A DNA stretch of 63,620 bases, the filler included, from Choristocarpus tenellus KU-1152 (Eukaryota > Protista > Phaeophyceae): the NCBI GenBank assembly GCA_964200185.2. It is 12 parts of 12 records of this genome, joined end to end, with 100 filler letters (N's around TTAATTAATTAA, not from the genome) between each part and the next. Parts side by side here need not be neighbours in the genome. Positions count along the whole stretch, not along the records: positions 11,471 to 20,648 come from CAXNAD020003913.1; positions 20,749 to 25,336 come from CAXNAD020013886.1; 10 more parts are not named here. One strand, 5' to 3'. The position numbers and the translations under genes were made by a program. Below are positions 11,589-23,700 of this stretch, one piece after another. The notes beneath the pieces were generated by a model, which was not told where the DNA came from, made no database searches, and saw only the letters and a list, made by a program, of their open reading frames with translations. The stretch's first letter is position 1, and each line of letters starts with the position of its first letter.

Positions 11589-14500
11589 CTCTAGGTCCAA
11601 TGGGGGGGCTGGCTCCACTCCCGGGCCCATCTCCCTTGACTTCTGACATAATGCATCCCCTGCTGCAGTGCAAATTCGAATTACGTCCCTGCACCATGTT
11701 AATCCCCCATGGGCTCTGCAGAACATACATACGTGTACATACATATATACATATACACACATATATGTGTTAATGCAACCAAAAAGAAAAAACCCAAAAT
11801 ACATAGGCGGATGGGGTAAGAATAAGAAGGGTGGTGACTAAAAATGAGGAGACAGAAAAGGACACTATGATACATGAAGGACTGGGGTGCAGGGAGGGGA
11901 GGTGGGGGTGCAGGGAAGACTTTCCAAGCAAAGCCTTGAAGCTATATCTTGAGCTGGTTGTCAGCTTCACAATTTTGTAAGGAGGGGTTGGGATGTGTGG
12001 AGGGCGGGGCGTATCAAGGGACACCCTTGCATGGATGTCTTGTGCCTCCATCCACAGACGATGCATACATTCAACTCAGGGGCATTCCATGTATGGAATA
12101 GGCGTTTTATTTTCTTCAGGCAGGCAGGCAGGCAGGAAAAAAAACCCCGACAGTCTATGCCATCCGTAAAAAAATATATATTTTATAACCATCACCTGCA
12201 ACAGAAAACACACAGACGTCTGTATTCAGCCATCAACCACCGAATCAATCCCCATCATCCTGTCCACAAGGCACAATCACCTACCATCTATCGCAGCCCT
12301 CCCCCCTTTATGATTTCCTCTCCCACACACACACAAAAATCAGAAGCTTGGAATAACATAACATAGCAGACCAACAGGTCCCTCAGACTGGGACCCTGAT
12401 CTGAGAGCTCTGATCCCAAAATCCACCCCGGTCCCCCGTCCAGTCCCTTCCTTACAGAGATAACCTTATCAATAGCATAATACCTGATTATCCCTCGAGC
12501 CTGAGAGGTTATCACATCAGCCACAAGGAGAGGCAGGGTGGTGGCCTCAGGAGAGCCAGTGTACGACACCATGGGGTACGGAGGTATCTGTAAGTGACAC
12601 ATGCCACAGTGTAGGTGATAGTGCCGTTAGGTGACAAGCGCTAATGTTCTCTTACAGAAAGAATGCGGGAAATGGTGGGTATGACAGGTGGGATTGCACA
12701 AAGCAGGGCACAAAATATAGGGCATCAAATCATCGCATCGACATGTTTGAGACCAAATCGGATATTCCCGACAACTAGATGTTGGGGATTTCGGTGCATC
12801 AGTATGACATTTTTAGGTGTACCTTCCATAGCATGTACTATCATCTGTTATTAATTTTCTTTCACAGTTAGTCACGCCGTTCTGCATACAAGCTGAAAAT
12901 TAATATTGTTGATATTTGGTACCCAGACACATAAGCATCATAACCTTGCCTGAGGAGACGTATGATTGGAGGGGTGATAAAAGTCCTATGAACCATGGGC
13001 AAGGGGACCCCTGATAAAATCGTCAAATCACTTCAATGATAAGATATTAGATCAACCTCACACCGGGATATTTTTACAACCACTACGCAAAAAAAAAAAA
13101 AAATCTGATGCCATACTTGAGCATGTATAACCTGCCCTGCTCCACTGTTTGAGGCGATGATGAACCGAGGAATCACACAACAGCACAACTACAACCTGAT
13201 GCATTAACAACTACCCAAAAATGTTGTGACCATCAACAAGTGGATTACTCTCATAGTGTAACGGTAAACAAGTGGCAATATGCAAACGCCTCCCCTGTTA
13301 ATAACAGCAAAGTAGGTTCACATCTCTCCTACTACTTCTGCAAGTCGGCGGGTTTGTGGGACCGGGGCACCTATGTTGATACCATACCAACTACTGTCCT
13401 GTACACCACCCACCTATGATTCCATGTGAGGCAAGCAAAAAAAAATGAGAAAGAACATTCCCCACAAGAGGGGAATGAGTCGAGGTAAACAAATGGTACC
13501 AAGAGGTTCTTTTTTTTTTCAAGGATGACAAATATGTCCAAAATTCAGCCTTTTTCTTTTTCTCACGTAAGGATTTTTCTTTTCAAATTGTGCCCCCCAA
13601 AAAGGTTTCAAATGACAGAGAAGTCAACCCTTTCAAGTCAAATTTAGCACATCATCCATAGAAATATGGGTGAACAACAAAAGATCGACAGATTGCCTTA
13701 GAGTGCGAAACGGGCAAAAACTGGGTACCTCCTTTACTTCAGCTCAATCCCCAGTGGTTTTTTCATACAGGAGGACGGAGGACAAGGGTGGAGTATTTCT
13801 GGTGATTGGCAAATTGAAGAGACAAGAAAACACCCTCACCCCATTTCGAAATATGGAACTGTAAAAGAAAACGTCGAGACTGTCCCATAAAAATCAAATG
13901 TCCCAGACCTAAAAATAAAAAAATGGGTTAAAAAAAAGTCGGAATATCCTTCACTCATCCCCCACAAGCACCGTCAAAATTTGACATAGTGCAGGATTAA
14001 TTTCACAAAAATACATGTCAGTGGATGGGATGGTCACCCCCTCCGTACTGTGTTGTAGTGCAGACTGGGCAAACGATGACCAATATAACAGGTTTTTTGG
14101 AATTGGCACATCTACTTCTCCTGACAGAAGCAAAGGTATGTAGGATCAAATTTGATACCATTCAACTAAAAACAGTTGGTCTTTAACTCCCTAGAAAAGC
14201 ACAGGCATGTCGGATCAGATCATGGGCGAAAGGTTCTAACATTACTTCACCCTTTCTTGTTGAAACACAACAGTCAACCAGGGAAAGAGTAGAAACACGG
14301 GTACGAAATTGTCTGTATGAAACAAAATACGGAGAAGGCATTGCCTATGGGATAATCTCCTGGGTCCAACAATTGACTATTTCAACGAAATAATCAGCAC
14401 CTCTTTGCATCAACTTGAGATATTCCCTTCCCCACTATGAAAGACTGCGTGATACAATACCTTTGGCGAGGCTTTCGGTGGTACCACCTTCCGGTTCTTC

Positions 14501-15480
14501 AATGCCTCCTTCCTCCTTCGTGTGGTTGCAGGAAGTGTCGAGCGCCCGTCTCCAACACTCCTCATCAGCGAATCACTTCCCCCCTCTTTCGCTGCCCTAC
14601 TCCCGGCCCTTTCCTCCTTGTCTGAACTCCGTTCTTGGTCAGTCTCCACATTTGAATCCGAACCTTCTTTTCCCAAACTCTCGGTTTCAACTTTGCGAGG
14701 GCGTTTAAGGGGCACCCTGAGATCCAGGGAAAGGGGGCGAGGGGAAAGAGTAGGATTAGTCAACCTCTAATTTTTGGGGAGCAGACTAGGGAGGTTTGCA
14801 TGGCCAGGTGTCCACCAGCAGTGTATTGTCGCCAACAGGTTCTCAATACAGGGAGATGCCAACCTCGTCGCAAACATATCTAGGTAGTCCAATACGGTTT
14901 TCAAGGGTTTGGAGATATGGCCGAAATCATACCAAATGTATCGGAAAAGGCGTAGTCCCCTTTTAATGATTCGCTGTTGCTGTCATCGACTATCTGTAAA
15001 CTGAGTACAAAGGCGGTGACGAGGACGTCTACATTAGTTCTCGCCAACTTATGGGTCGACGAAATAAAGGCTCGATGTCGACTAAATGCAAACCACAAAG
15101 TAAAGGGAAGAAAAAAAACACACACACACAAACACAAGTTTGGATTTAAAAGAATCATGAGACAAAGGTGGTCGTTCTAAGACGGTGAAAGATTGATCAT
15201 GTTGACCTTCTACGCGCCTTTCGATTCCTGTCAGGTTGTCCACCCTCCTGGCATGGACAGTCACCTTACTCCCCTCATGCTCTTTCTGATGTTTTGCTTT
15301 CTTCGCTTGGCGACTGCGTTTGGACTTCAGTGCTGGAGTGAACGTAGACTCCTCAGCCACATCGCTGTAGCTAAAGGTGTCACCAGTAGAAACCTTCTCC
15401 CCTTGAGTACACTCGAACGTAATGCCTGGTCTCCCTGGGGTCTCGATCCTCCTCTTTTGTCTCAAATTCCGCAGGCTCAT
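11589..15480 (-). CDS. Hypothetical multi-exon protein gene divergent from MAD2
   Basis: CCACCATG start at 15480 (MSLRNLRQKRRIETPGRP...). Candidate exons near 14460-14717, 14040-14120, 12370-12587 and 11589-11719 are flanked by AG/GT; no recognisable domain. Confidence 0.4.
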
Positions 15481-15931
15481 GGTGGAGGCACGCAGGAGGA
15501 AGCTAAGTTGGGGGCGCACCTCCCCCGTCCTTCTAACTTTTTTCCTGAAAGGTTTCGAAATGATAATGATTCCGCGATCCGGATTAGCAATAGCGAGTCA
15601 AAATTGACGTGCACTTTCTCCTTTCGCTTATACCTCTGTTGGGTGTGGAAAATGCAACTAGAACTTCACGAAGGTATGTCAACGTGAAGAACAGTCACTC
15701 CAAACTCCTGTCTTTCACTTTGATTACACCTTCCCTCCATTACTAGTTTGATCTACGGATGATCGAATAGTTTAATATATAGAGTTTATATAATATTTTA
15801 ATATTTTACAATTCGTCAATGTCGTTGGGATTTATTATCGTTTGGTCATTTCCCCCAAAACAAATCAACTCTACACATCATCAGCGTAGGTCTTACAGGA
15901 ACAAGTCGACCGGATCACGAGACTAGGAGAA

Positions 15932-18219
15932 ATGGTAAGTGCAGTGATTGCGTGGGCAAGTGAGTATACGAAGTGTTATCCTTAGATTGTCAGTTGTCTG
16001 AATGTGTGTGTATTGCTGTGCCTGATCTTGCCATTTGTCCTCGTTCGTCCATGAATGGGATCCTATTCACCGCCGTACCTGCCCTGCTTTGTAATGGTGG
16101 GGCATCTCTGGATCAAACCTTAGATGGAAATGACTATCTGCTATGTCATATCCCATTCCCATGAACTCCCTCTTTTCCAATAAATATTCTCGGTCGTGCC
16201 CCCACAGGCTACGACACAGCAAACTGATAATATCATCACTCTCAAAGGTTCTGTTGACATTGTGACAGAGTTTTTCTTCTACAGTATCAACAGGTAAGCC
16301 AGCAGAGTTAGACCAGCGACTGAGAGATTGCCCCCATAATCTCAACCGATACTGTCACATCTTTCTCGTCCGTTGTTGTATAATGGCTGATGGCATGGAT
16401 GTTATTGTCCCTATCCCTTCATCTCAGCATCATCATGCCTTTTTGGTGTTACAGTACCTTCCATTTGTCTCCTTCAACAAAGTTACTCCTCGCTTGATCT
16501 CATGTTCTATGCTACTGACGCTAGTTGAGGCTTAGCTATTGGACTAGGACACCGAGTGCATCATTACCTCCTTAACCACCTGCGAATCAATTTTGTTTTG
16601 TCCTCTTGACCATGACTCTTCTGCCTAAAGAGATGTTTCCTACGTAATCCCGCCCTCCCCTCCCTCGATACTTGTGAAGCATCTTGTACACACGGGGGAT
16701 CTACCCAGCAGAGAGTTTTGAGAGACAGGCCAAGTATGGGCTGACAGTGCTAGTTTCAAAAGAGGAGGGCCTCGTGAGTTATCTTAACAATGTTGTGAAG
16801 GAGATGGAAGGTAAGATATTGGGGCAGGGTACAGCAAGCAGCTCCTGTTCTTGAAATGACTGCATCTGTTGCAACCGCTATAGGGCTCTGCTCAAATTAA
16901 TATTTGCCAAGATATGCAACGGAGATAAGAGAAACACTGTCCTCCTTGTGAACCCATTGCGTCTTGCTTGCTTGTAGCAGTTTATACTTCATATAGTACT
17001 AGGAACAGATGTGTCATTACTTACTATCATTGGTTGAATGGTGCTGTTGCGTGAGTGTTAGTTCGGTCGATGTTGATCATTATTATTCCACCACCCAAAT
17101 TTTATTCACCTTTGATTCGAGCCTGTTTTCACATTTATTATTCAAAGATAAGTCTGCCCTGTCATCCTTCAATATCAGTGTCTCGGGTATCCCCACCCTA
17201 CCTGTAGTCCTGTGCAATAACCTGGAGGTATGGTTTTTGCTTGTTAGGCTGATGCTTAAGTCTTCATCTTCCTCTCTGCCGTGCAGGTTTGACATTTCTT
17301 ACTCGCCTGACTCCCCCATTTCCGTTGGAAAGTTTCGCACCTTGGACAACGTGAAACTCAGCACTATGTTACGCCCTTAACACTGGAGATGGAAACATAC
17401 ACCGATGATGTAGTGCGTTATATCTCCAGTCCAAAACATTTACAACGCTGTGTGATGGCCGTAACCCTCTGGTCCAAGACATGCATAATATATATCATGT
17501 AATGTCCAAAATATTTAGCGAAATGTGAGCAAAAGGTTAGAGCATACTGTTACTATAGTGTTACGATGTCCAAGGTGTGGTGTGTTTTCTTGGTTTCAAG
17601 TTGGGTAATATAGCTTTGAGCTCTGTTTCACACATATCAGTTATCTGGTTGTTGAATGTTTATGAAGATACTTTCGCTATAATCTCACACGCATCCTAAG
17701 GTATTTGTCAGGTGAATGCAACAGTTTCAATCTGCATTGTCAAAACTTCCAAGGTTTATCATTTGTGTCAAGCCCAGCAACAGCTTCTTATGTAATTCTG
17801 TTCTTTCAACTTTCCTACTCTTGAGCTCATGCTGGTTATCTTCTTTGCTCCCCCCATGTCATTGCCCATAACTATGATAATACTGCAGATGACTCCATAG
17901 GTAATGTCTGCCGATCATTGGTCTGTTTGCCCCCCGCCCTTACAGATGTTGTTACAACTCTTTCCTACAATGTCCGCCTGTGGAACAACATTCTTTCATG
18001 TGCAACAACATTCTTTTAAGTCAAGCCTAGCTCAGTCCACTCCGTATTTGTTGTGTTTTTTGAAATTTTAAAACGATTTTGGACGAATCTCTTAGGGTGG
18101 ATTACCTCGGGCGAACTTCAGCGGCTGGTGTTGGTGGTCATTGGGACAGAGTCTGGGGACACACTGGAGCGTTGGACTTTCCACGTGAAGGATGAACGTC
18201 CTGTCCTAGTGGACGGAAG
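15932..18219 (+). CDS. MAD2: Mitotic spindle checkpoint protein MAD2 (HORMA domain), 5' part; exons 15932-15934 (ATG only), 16208-16293, 16680-16810, 18096-18219
   Basis: M|ATTQQTDNIITLKGSVDIVTEFFFYSINS ILYTRGIYPAESFERQAKYGLTVLVSKEEGLVSYLNNVVKEME GWITSGELQRLVLVVIGTESGDTLERWTF. Diagnostic motifs ITLKGS..IV.EFF, SILY.RGIYP and LERW.F; phases 0, 2, 1 are consistent. Confidence 0.95.
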
Positions 18220-18313
18220 GCAAGAAAGGATCTCCTGGAACTAAAGACTATCTGTTTTGTCATGATCACACTCAAACTGCCCAATTGGAACGTTCGTAAC
18301 TGCGATTGAAAAT

Positions 18314-18590
18314 AGGGTTAGGGTTAGGGTTGGGGTTGGGGTTAGGGGTGAAAAAATAAAGAGCACACTTGGTAGGGATGTAAATAGGGTTGTTGTGTTT
18401 TGGTCAGCCATGCGATGTAAGGGTATTTTGAGAAGTCCATGATGGTATGCCGGAAACAGTTGTCATGCCATCGAACCTAATTGTTTGTTGTGTAGGTGCT
18501 ATTGCATTATTGGTAAAGAGTTTTTGGGGGGGATTTACAGCTCAAATTACGCTAGGGTTGGGGTTGGGGTTGGGGTCAGGGTCAGGGTTG
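18314..18590 (+). repeat. Two clusters of interstitial telomere-like (TTAGGG/TTGGGG/TCAGGG)n
   Basis: TAGGGTTAGGGTTAGGGTTGGGGTTGGGGTTAGGGG at 18314-18348 and TAGGGTTGGGGTTGGGGTTGGGGTCAGGGTCAGGG at about 18553-18587. Confidence 0.8.
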
Positions 18591-18852
18591 AAATGTTTCA
18601 GGGTAGTTAATGAATGGTGTTTGTAAAGTCTAACCTGTGATACCCTTGAACTTGTCTTGAACTGTATTTACCAGGTTTGGGGCTCCAGGCACACCCCCCG
18701 ATGTAGTAGCTCCCCCCCTTTTATTTTTATTTTGAAATGGAACCCCATATAACCTCTACAGATGATGATGTCAGTCCCCATTTTTTTTAGAGTCATGTTC
18801 TATGCACACGTTTCATTTGCACTTGCATAAGAATGTGTTGGTTTAATTGCTG

Positions 18853-19220
18853 AACTAGTTATTTAAAACTATGTACTGGTTATTTAAACTCTACTAGTTA
18901 TTTCACACTGTGTACTAGTTACTTAACTCTGTGTACTGGTTATATACTGTGCACTAGTTATTTCACACTGTGTCCTGGTTATTTAAAACTCTACTAGTTA
19001 TTTCACACTGTGTACTAGTTACTTAACTCTGTGTACTGGTTATTTAATACTGTGCACTAGTTATTTTACACTGTGTACTGGTTATTTAAAACTCTACTAG
19101 TTATTTCACACTGTGTACTGGTTATTTAAAACTCTACTAGTTATTTCACACTGTGTTCTGGTTATTTAAAACTCTACTAGTTATTTCACACTGTGTACTG
19201 GTTATTCAACACTATGTACT
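18853..19220 (+). repeat. Minisatellite with ~19-22-bp monomers forming a ~40-bp dimer
   Basis: Alternating ACTAGTTATTTCACACTGTGT / ACTGGTTATTTAAAACTCT units. Confidence 0.92.
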
Positions 19221-20748
19221 TGCGTCGGATTGCGTGTCTTTCAGTAGTTGGGTTTTTTGAACTGTATTAGAGGGGCGGGTGGAGGGGGAAGATAAAGATT
19301 TTCTTAGACCCCTTTAAAAAATCAACGTACTCCAATTTCCGAGTTTCTGTGCTCATTTTTTTTTTTTACATGAGGTGTACAGGCTGTACCTATGAAGGTT
19401 ACTTTATTATTTCCAGTAGAGTAATATATTAATGGACGATTGTATTTCTGATTGTGGGTGATGACAACAGTCACTGGGCGATCTTTGTTCTGTGGATGGG
19501 TCTGGTAGCAGGTTGAAAAATGCCTGCTAGATGAGGGAGCTTGACTGGTGCAATGAGAACATACTGTACTCATGTGTGGGGTTTTGTAGTGAGTACGACT
19601 GCATGTACGTTTAATAAAAATATTAGTAGTGGTCTTCAATTCTTCTATGCATTATCCCTGCAGTATCAGCATCAGTGGTGTTGATGGGACAGCGGTTAGA
19701 TGGATTAGAATAGGATGAAGGAGGAGAAGAAGAGAGTGAGGGATGATTCGAGATGGCTTGTTGGTCATGGCAACCTAAAGAGGATGTACTTATCTCTGCA
19801 TGGACAACATGCACATGGACAACCCCCCCCAAAAAAAGATTGGAACCAAAAACAGATCCATTTCAGGTCCGATGGCTGAGTTGGAAGAGTTCGCAACACA
19901 ATCCAGGCAATGAGAGTCAGTCACGATGACCTCAAAGAAGCAATAATCATTCGAGTGGCTTTTGAAGAGGCCTTGATCGTTTTAAGGGATCAGAGATGGG
20001 GGCATGGAATCCATGGTGATTTTGACAAGAGGTCCATGCAGACTATGTCAAGAGCTGGGACAGAGAGTTTGTGGATGATCAATATGAGTAGATGAAGGCG
20101 AGGACGGTCGGAAATACTCTCAGCCAGAGGTGTGCCACTGGAGAGGTTTCTCAGATCTGATCTCCACAAGTGTTGAATATATTTTACAATAGTTCTATTG
20201 ATATTATTATATTTACTCTGTACATCACTGGTACAAATTTATGAATGATATTGTTTGACCGTCCCTATTATTTGTATTTCTAATGGTGAAAAATATTTCT
20301 ACTTTTGAAAGAGTAGGTTCCAATGGTACCCCCCTCGAACGTGTTCTATTTCCCCTCTCCTGCATTTTCTATGTGTACCAACAAGGGTAAAACTACGTTC
20401 GTACAGTCAAGGACTGATTTGACTCATCCTTCTGAGCAACACGCCTCTGCATACAATATGTACTTGCATCTGTCTGTGCCCTTGGATATCTCAGGGAACC
20501 CCTCTCGGTTGTTGACTTTCTGTTCTCCAATCCCCTTGTTGATTTTTCCACCTCATTCCCATCAAAGCACTCTCCTTCCCCTAATCCCCCCCCCCCCCCC
20601 CCCCTCCCGCCCCCCCGCCCCCACCACCCCCCCACCTCCCTCCACCTCNNNNNNNNNNNNNNNNNNNNNNNNNNNNNNNNNNNNNNNNNNNNTTAATTAA
20701 TTAANNNNNNNNNNNNNNNNNNNNNNNNNNNNNNNNNNNNNNNNNNNN

Positions 20749-23700
20749 CGGGGATTGCCGGGCGAGGTGTCGCAACATCCCAGCAGGAGGTCATGCTTCC
20801 AGGTCAATTGCCGAGTATCCCCTCAACGCATCTTGTCTCTAAGCCCAGGGCTGGAGGGGCAGGGAACTCTTTGTCCACAACACTGTCCCCCTCCCATACC
20901 GTTGACTTAGGCCTCGGATGGGTCCCAAACACTGAGGGATTACCACGGGGAGTTATTAGCACCAGCGGCAGTGATGGTGTCGTGTATGGTGTGAACTGTG
21001 AGCTCGGGGTGGGTGGTCCAGGTGTTGCTGTGACTGGAGGGGGGGGATTAGGTGTGAGTACGGGACTGTTAAACGGAACAATGGCGGCGTCTGGGACGGG
21101 GTTGAGATGGAGGGGTAACGGCGTTGCCAGTGCTGCAGGAGAAACACTTGGGTTGAGTGCTGGTTTTGGAACAGTGGCTGCGGCAACGAATGGATTGGGG
21201 GCTGGAATGGGGGCAGAGTCAAGCCCGGGTGTTGTGGCCATTGGGTCAGCAACGATCGCACCAGATACGGCCGCATCAATGCACATGACTATTGCAGAGG
21301 ATGCCTCAGGAAGATTTCGCCGTGCAAGCTTCACATCGACCCTTACACCTCAGGCTGGACTACTGTCCACAGGAGGAAGCGAAAATGTTCCAGGTCCAGA
21401 GATCGGGCTGGGGTTGGGAGTAGGGTCGGAACCAGAGAGGAGTCTAGGGTTTGAGCCCCTCTCTTTCTCCCCTGCCTCAGCAAATGTGGCTTCTTGGGCC
21501 CATGGGGCAATTCAAACGACTTCTGTTGGCACAGTGGAAAGTGGGGGTGGGTCTGTTGGCACCAGTGCACCAGCGGAGCTGATAGTGGCGACAGCGCCAC
21601 TGGTGGAGTCAGCGTCTCTCCCGGTGTACACGCCAGAGCCGGCTGTGGGAGCAGGACAGGGGGCAGAGGGTTTTCCGGCGGAGAGTGACCTGCCTCCTAG
21701 TTCATTTCGAACAAACCCCCTCCATGATAGCAGTACTTCATCGCCGCCCACTCCCTATCGCTGGCCATTGTGTAAGCACGTCGGCTGTAGTGAGGAGATT
21801 GGGTCAGACCGTCGAAAGAGGTACTGTGACAGGCACCGCCAGGGAATGGGTTCAGGGCGTGGACTAGGGTTGGAGACAGGAACAGCGGGGGGACTGGATA
21901 AGGGTTCAGGTGGAGGTGATGGGAGAGGGGTGGGGGCTGGGGCTAGGGGTGGAGAAGGGATGCGGGTGGGGGGGGGTTCCATATGCAGTGAGTCAGGATG
22001 CCAACGTGTGGCAAGGTTTGCGGCAGAAGGGGAGAGTGGGGCAAGTTATTGCAAGGTGAGTGACTGAGGGGGAGGGAGGGGGTATTCAAATCAAAATGCC
22101 GTGCAGAATTGGGAGCTAACAGCGTAGTGTTAGTAATGACAGTGGGGGACTTTGATACCAAATGTTGTCAGGACTTCATCCAGTGTAGCAACAACAAAGT
22201 GATGGCGAGAGTGGAGAGTGCAGGGGAAAGGCCGTTTTGACATTTTAAACATTTTTAGAGGGGGAATAATTTTTGGACTTGAAAAAGCTTCTGTTGGCAC
22301 TACAAGAGGTTTGTACCAACCGGTTGCTATTGTAGAAAGCCCCCTGTTTGTGAGACGAAATAAGTTGTGAACAGTCGCTCACGTTGTCACTGTGCTGGTG
22401 TGAATTGACTAAAGTGTATGTATGTATGCATATATGTATGTATGTGTGTATGTATGTATGTATTTATGTAGTGCGAATTTTCGTTGCTTCTGTTGGGTGA
22501 CATAATTTGTGAGGCTAAGCTAAGAGACAGGTGGGGCAATCCCTTGACATGGCACTACCATGACCTTACCAATACTCATTCTTAAGAGGACTGCATCAAG
22601 TGAACACCTTGCCTCAACATAGTGGCAAAAGGTACATTTTTTGTGCATCTTAGTCTGTCGGTAGTGAATGCTAGTCTGTTGGTAATGAATGCTAGTCTGT
22701 TGGTAATGAATGCTAGTCTGTTGGTAATGAATGCTAGTCTGTCGGTAGTGAATGCTAGTCTGTTGGTAGTGAATGCTAGTCTGTTGGTAATGAATGCTAG
22801 TCTGTCGGTAGTGAATGCTAGTCTGTCGGTAATGAATGCTCTATGGTTTGCACATGCTGTTTTCAAAGTTCGTCTGTGATTGGTCAGAAGCCAAACATTG
22901 AAGAGATCACGACTGATGTATGCTCCAAACTTTTTTATTTGAAATTTCTTTGAAGTAGATGGAATATGCAGTATTTATGCAGTAGTTCACCCTTGTACTG
23001 TGAACATACAAAGCACTGTAATTAGTATTATGAGAGTCTTCCCCCCCCCCCCAAACACTCCTCCTCTTCCCCCTCTGCTTCAAGCTCGATCGCCTTTTCC
23101 TGCACTTGACTCCGCTGTTGTTGCCATCCTCACCCCTGATCTCATCCACACCCAAGGCTCACAAGGGTTCCAGCACAGTAAAATTGAAGAATAGGCTTCA
23201 GTGCCAAGGTCCACTTTGTAGGGTGGAGGTGAGAATAGCTGGGACATTGCTGGGGGGGAGGGAGGGGGGTGAGGGACTTTGTGTCTGTCTGCCTGACTTA
23301 GAAACCTTTGTGTTACTAGTGGTAGGCGTGCTTTGGATTGTGGTGGTTTGGTACATCTGCTGGGTCACCTGTAATTGGCTTGACTTGGCTTAGCTCAATA
23401 CATCTCTATTTTTTATCGGATGAACATTTTTTTGGTTTTGAGTTAGGAAAGAGATTAATGGGATATCTGGATGGTGTGTGGTGATGACTGTGAGGTTGGT
23501 AGTGTGCCTGGGTGGTGGTGCATGGAATGAACGTCAGGCCATTGCCTTTGTGATGGCATTGGAAAGCCTCGAGTCAGGAAAAGGATCTAGGTAAAAACAA
23601 CAAGAATAATCTATTGTGCCACCTTCCATACTATGGCAGTGCCTGTGGCGTACAAAGGATGAAAGGAAAAATTTTCCGGCAGGGGGGGAGGTGTGTCCTG

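Noticed and set aside
22651-22839. CRISPR-like array, or the repetitive ORFs at 22582-22879
   Set aside because: No unique spacers and no cas genes; the ORFs result from a 21-bp intronic unit lacking stops.
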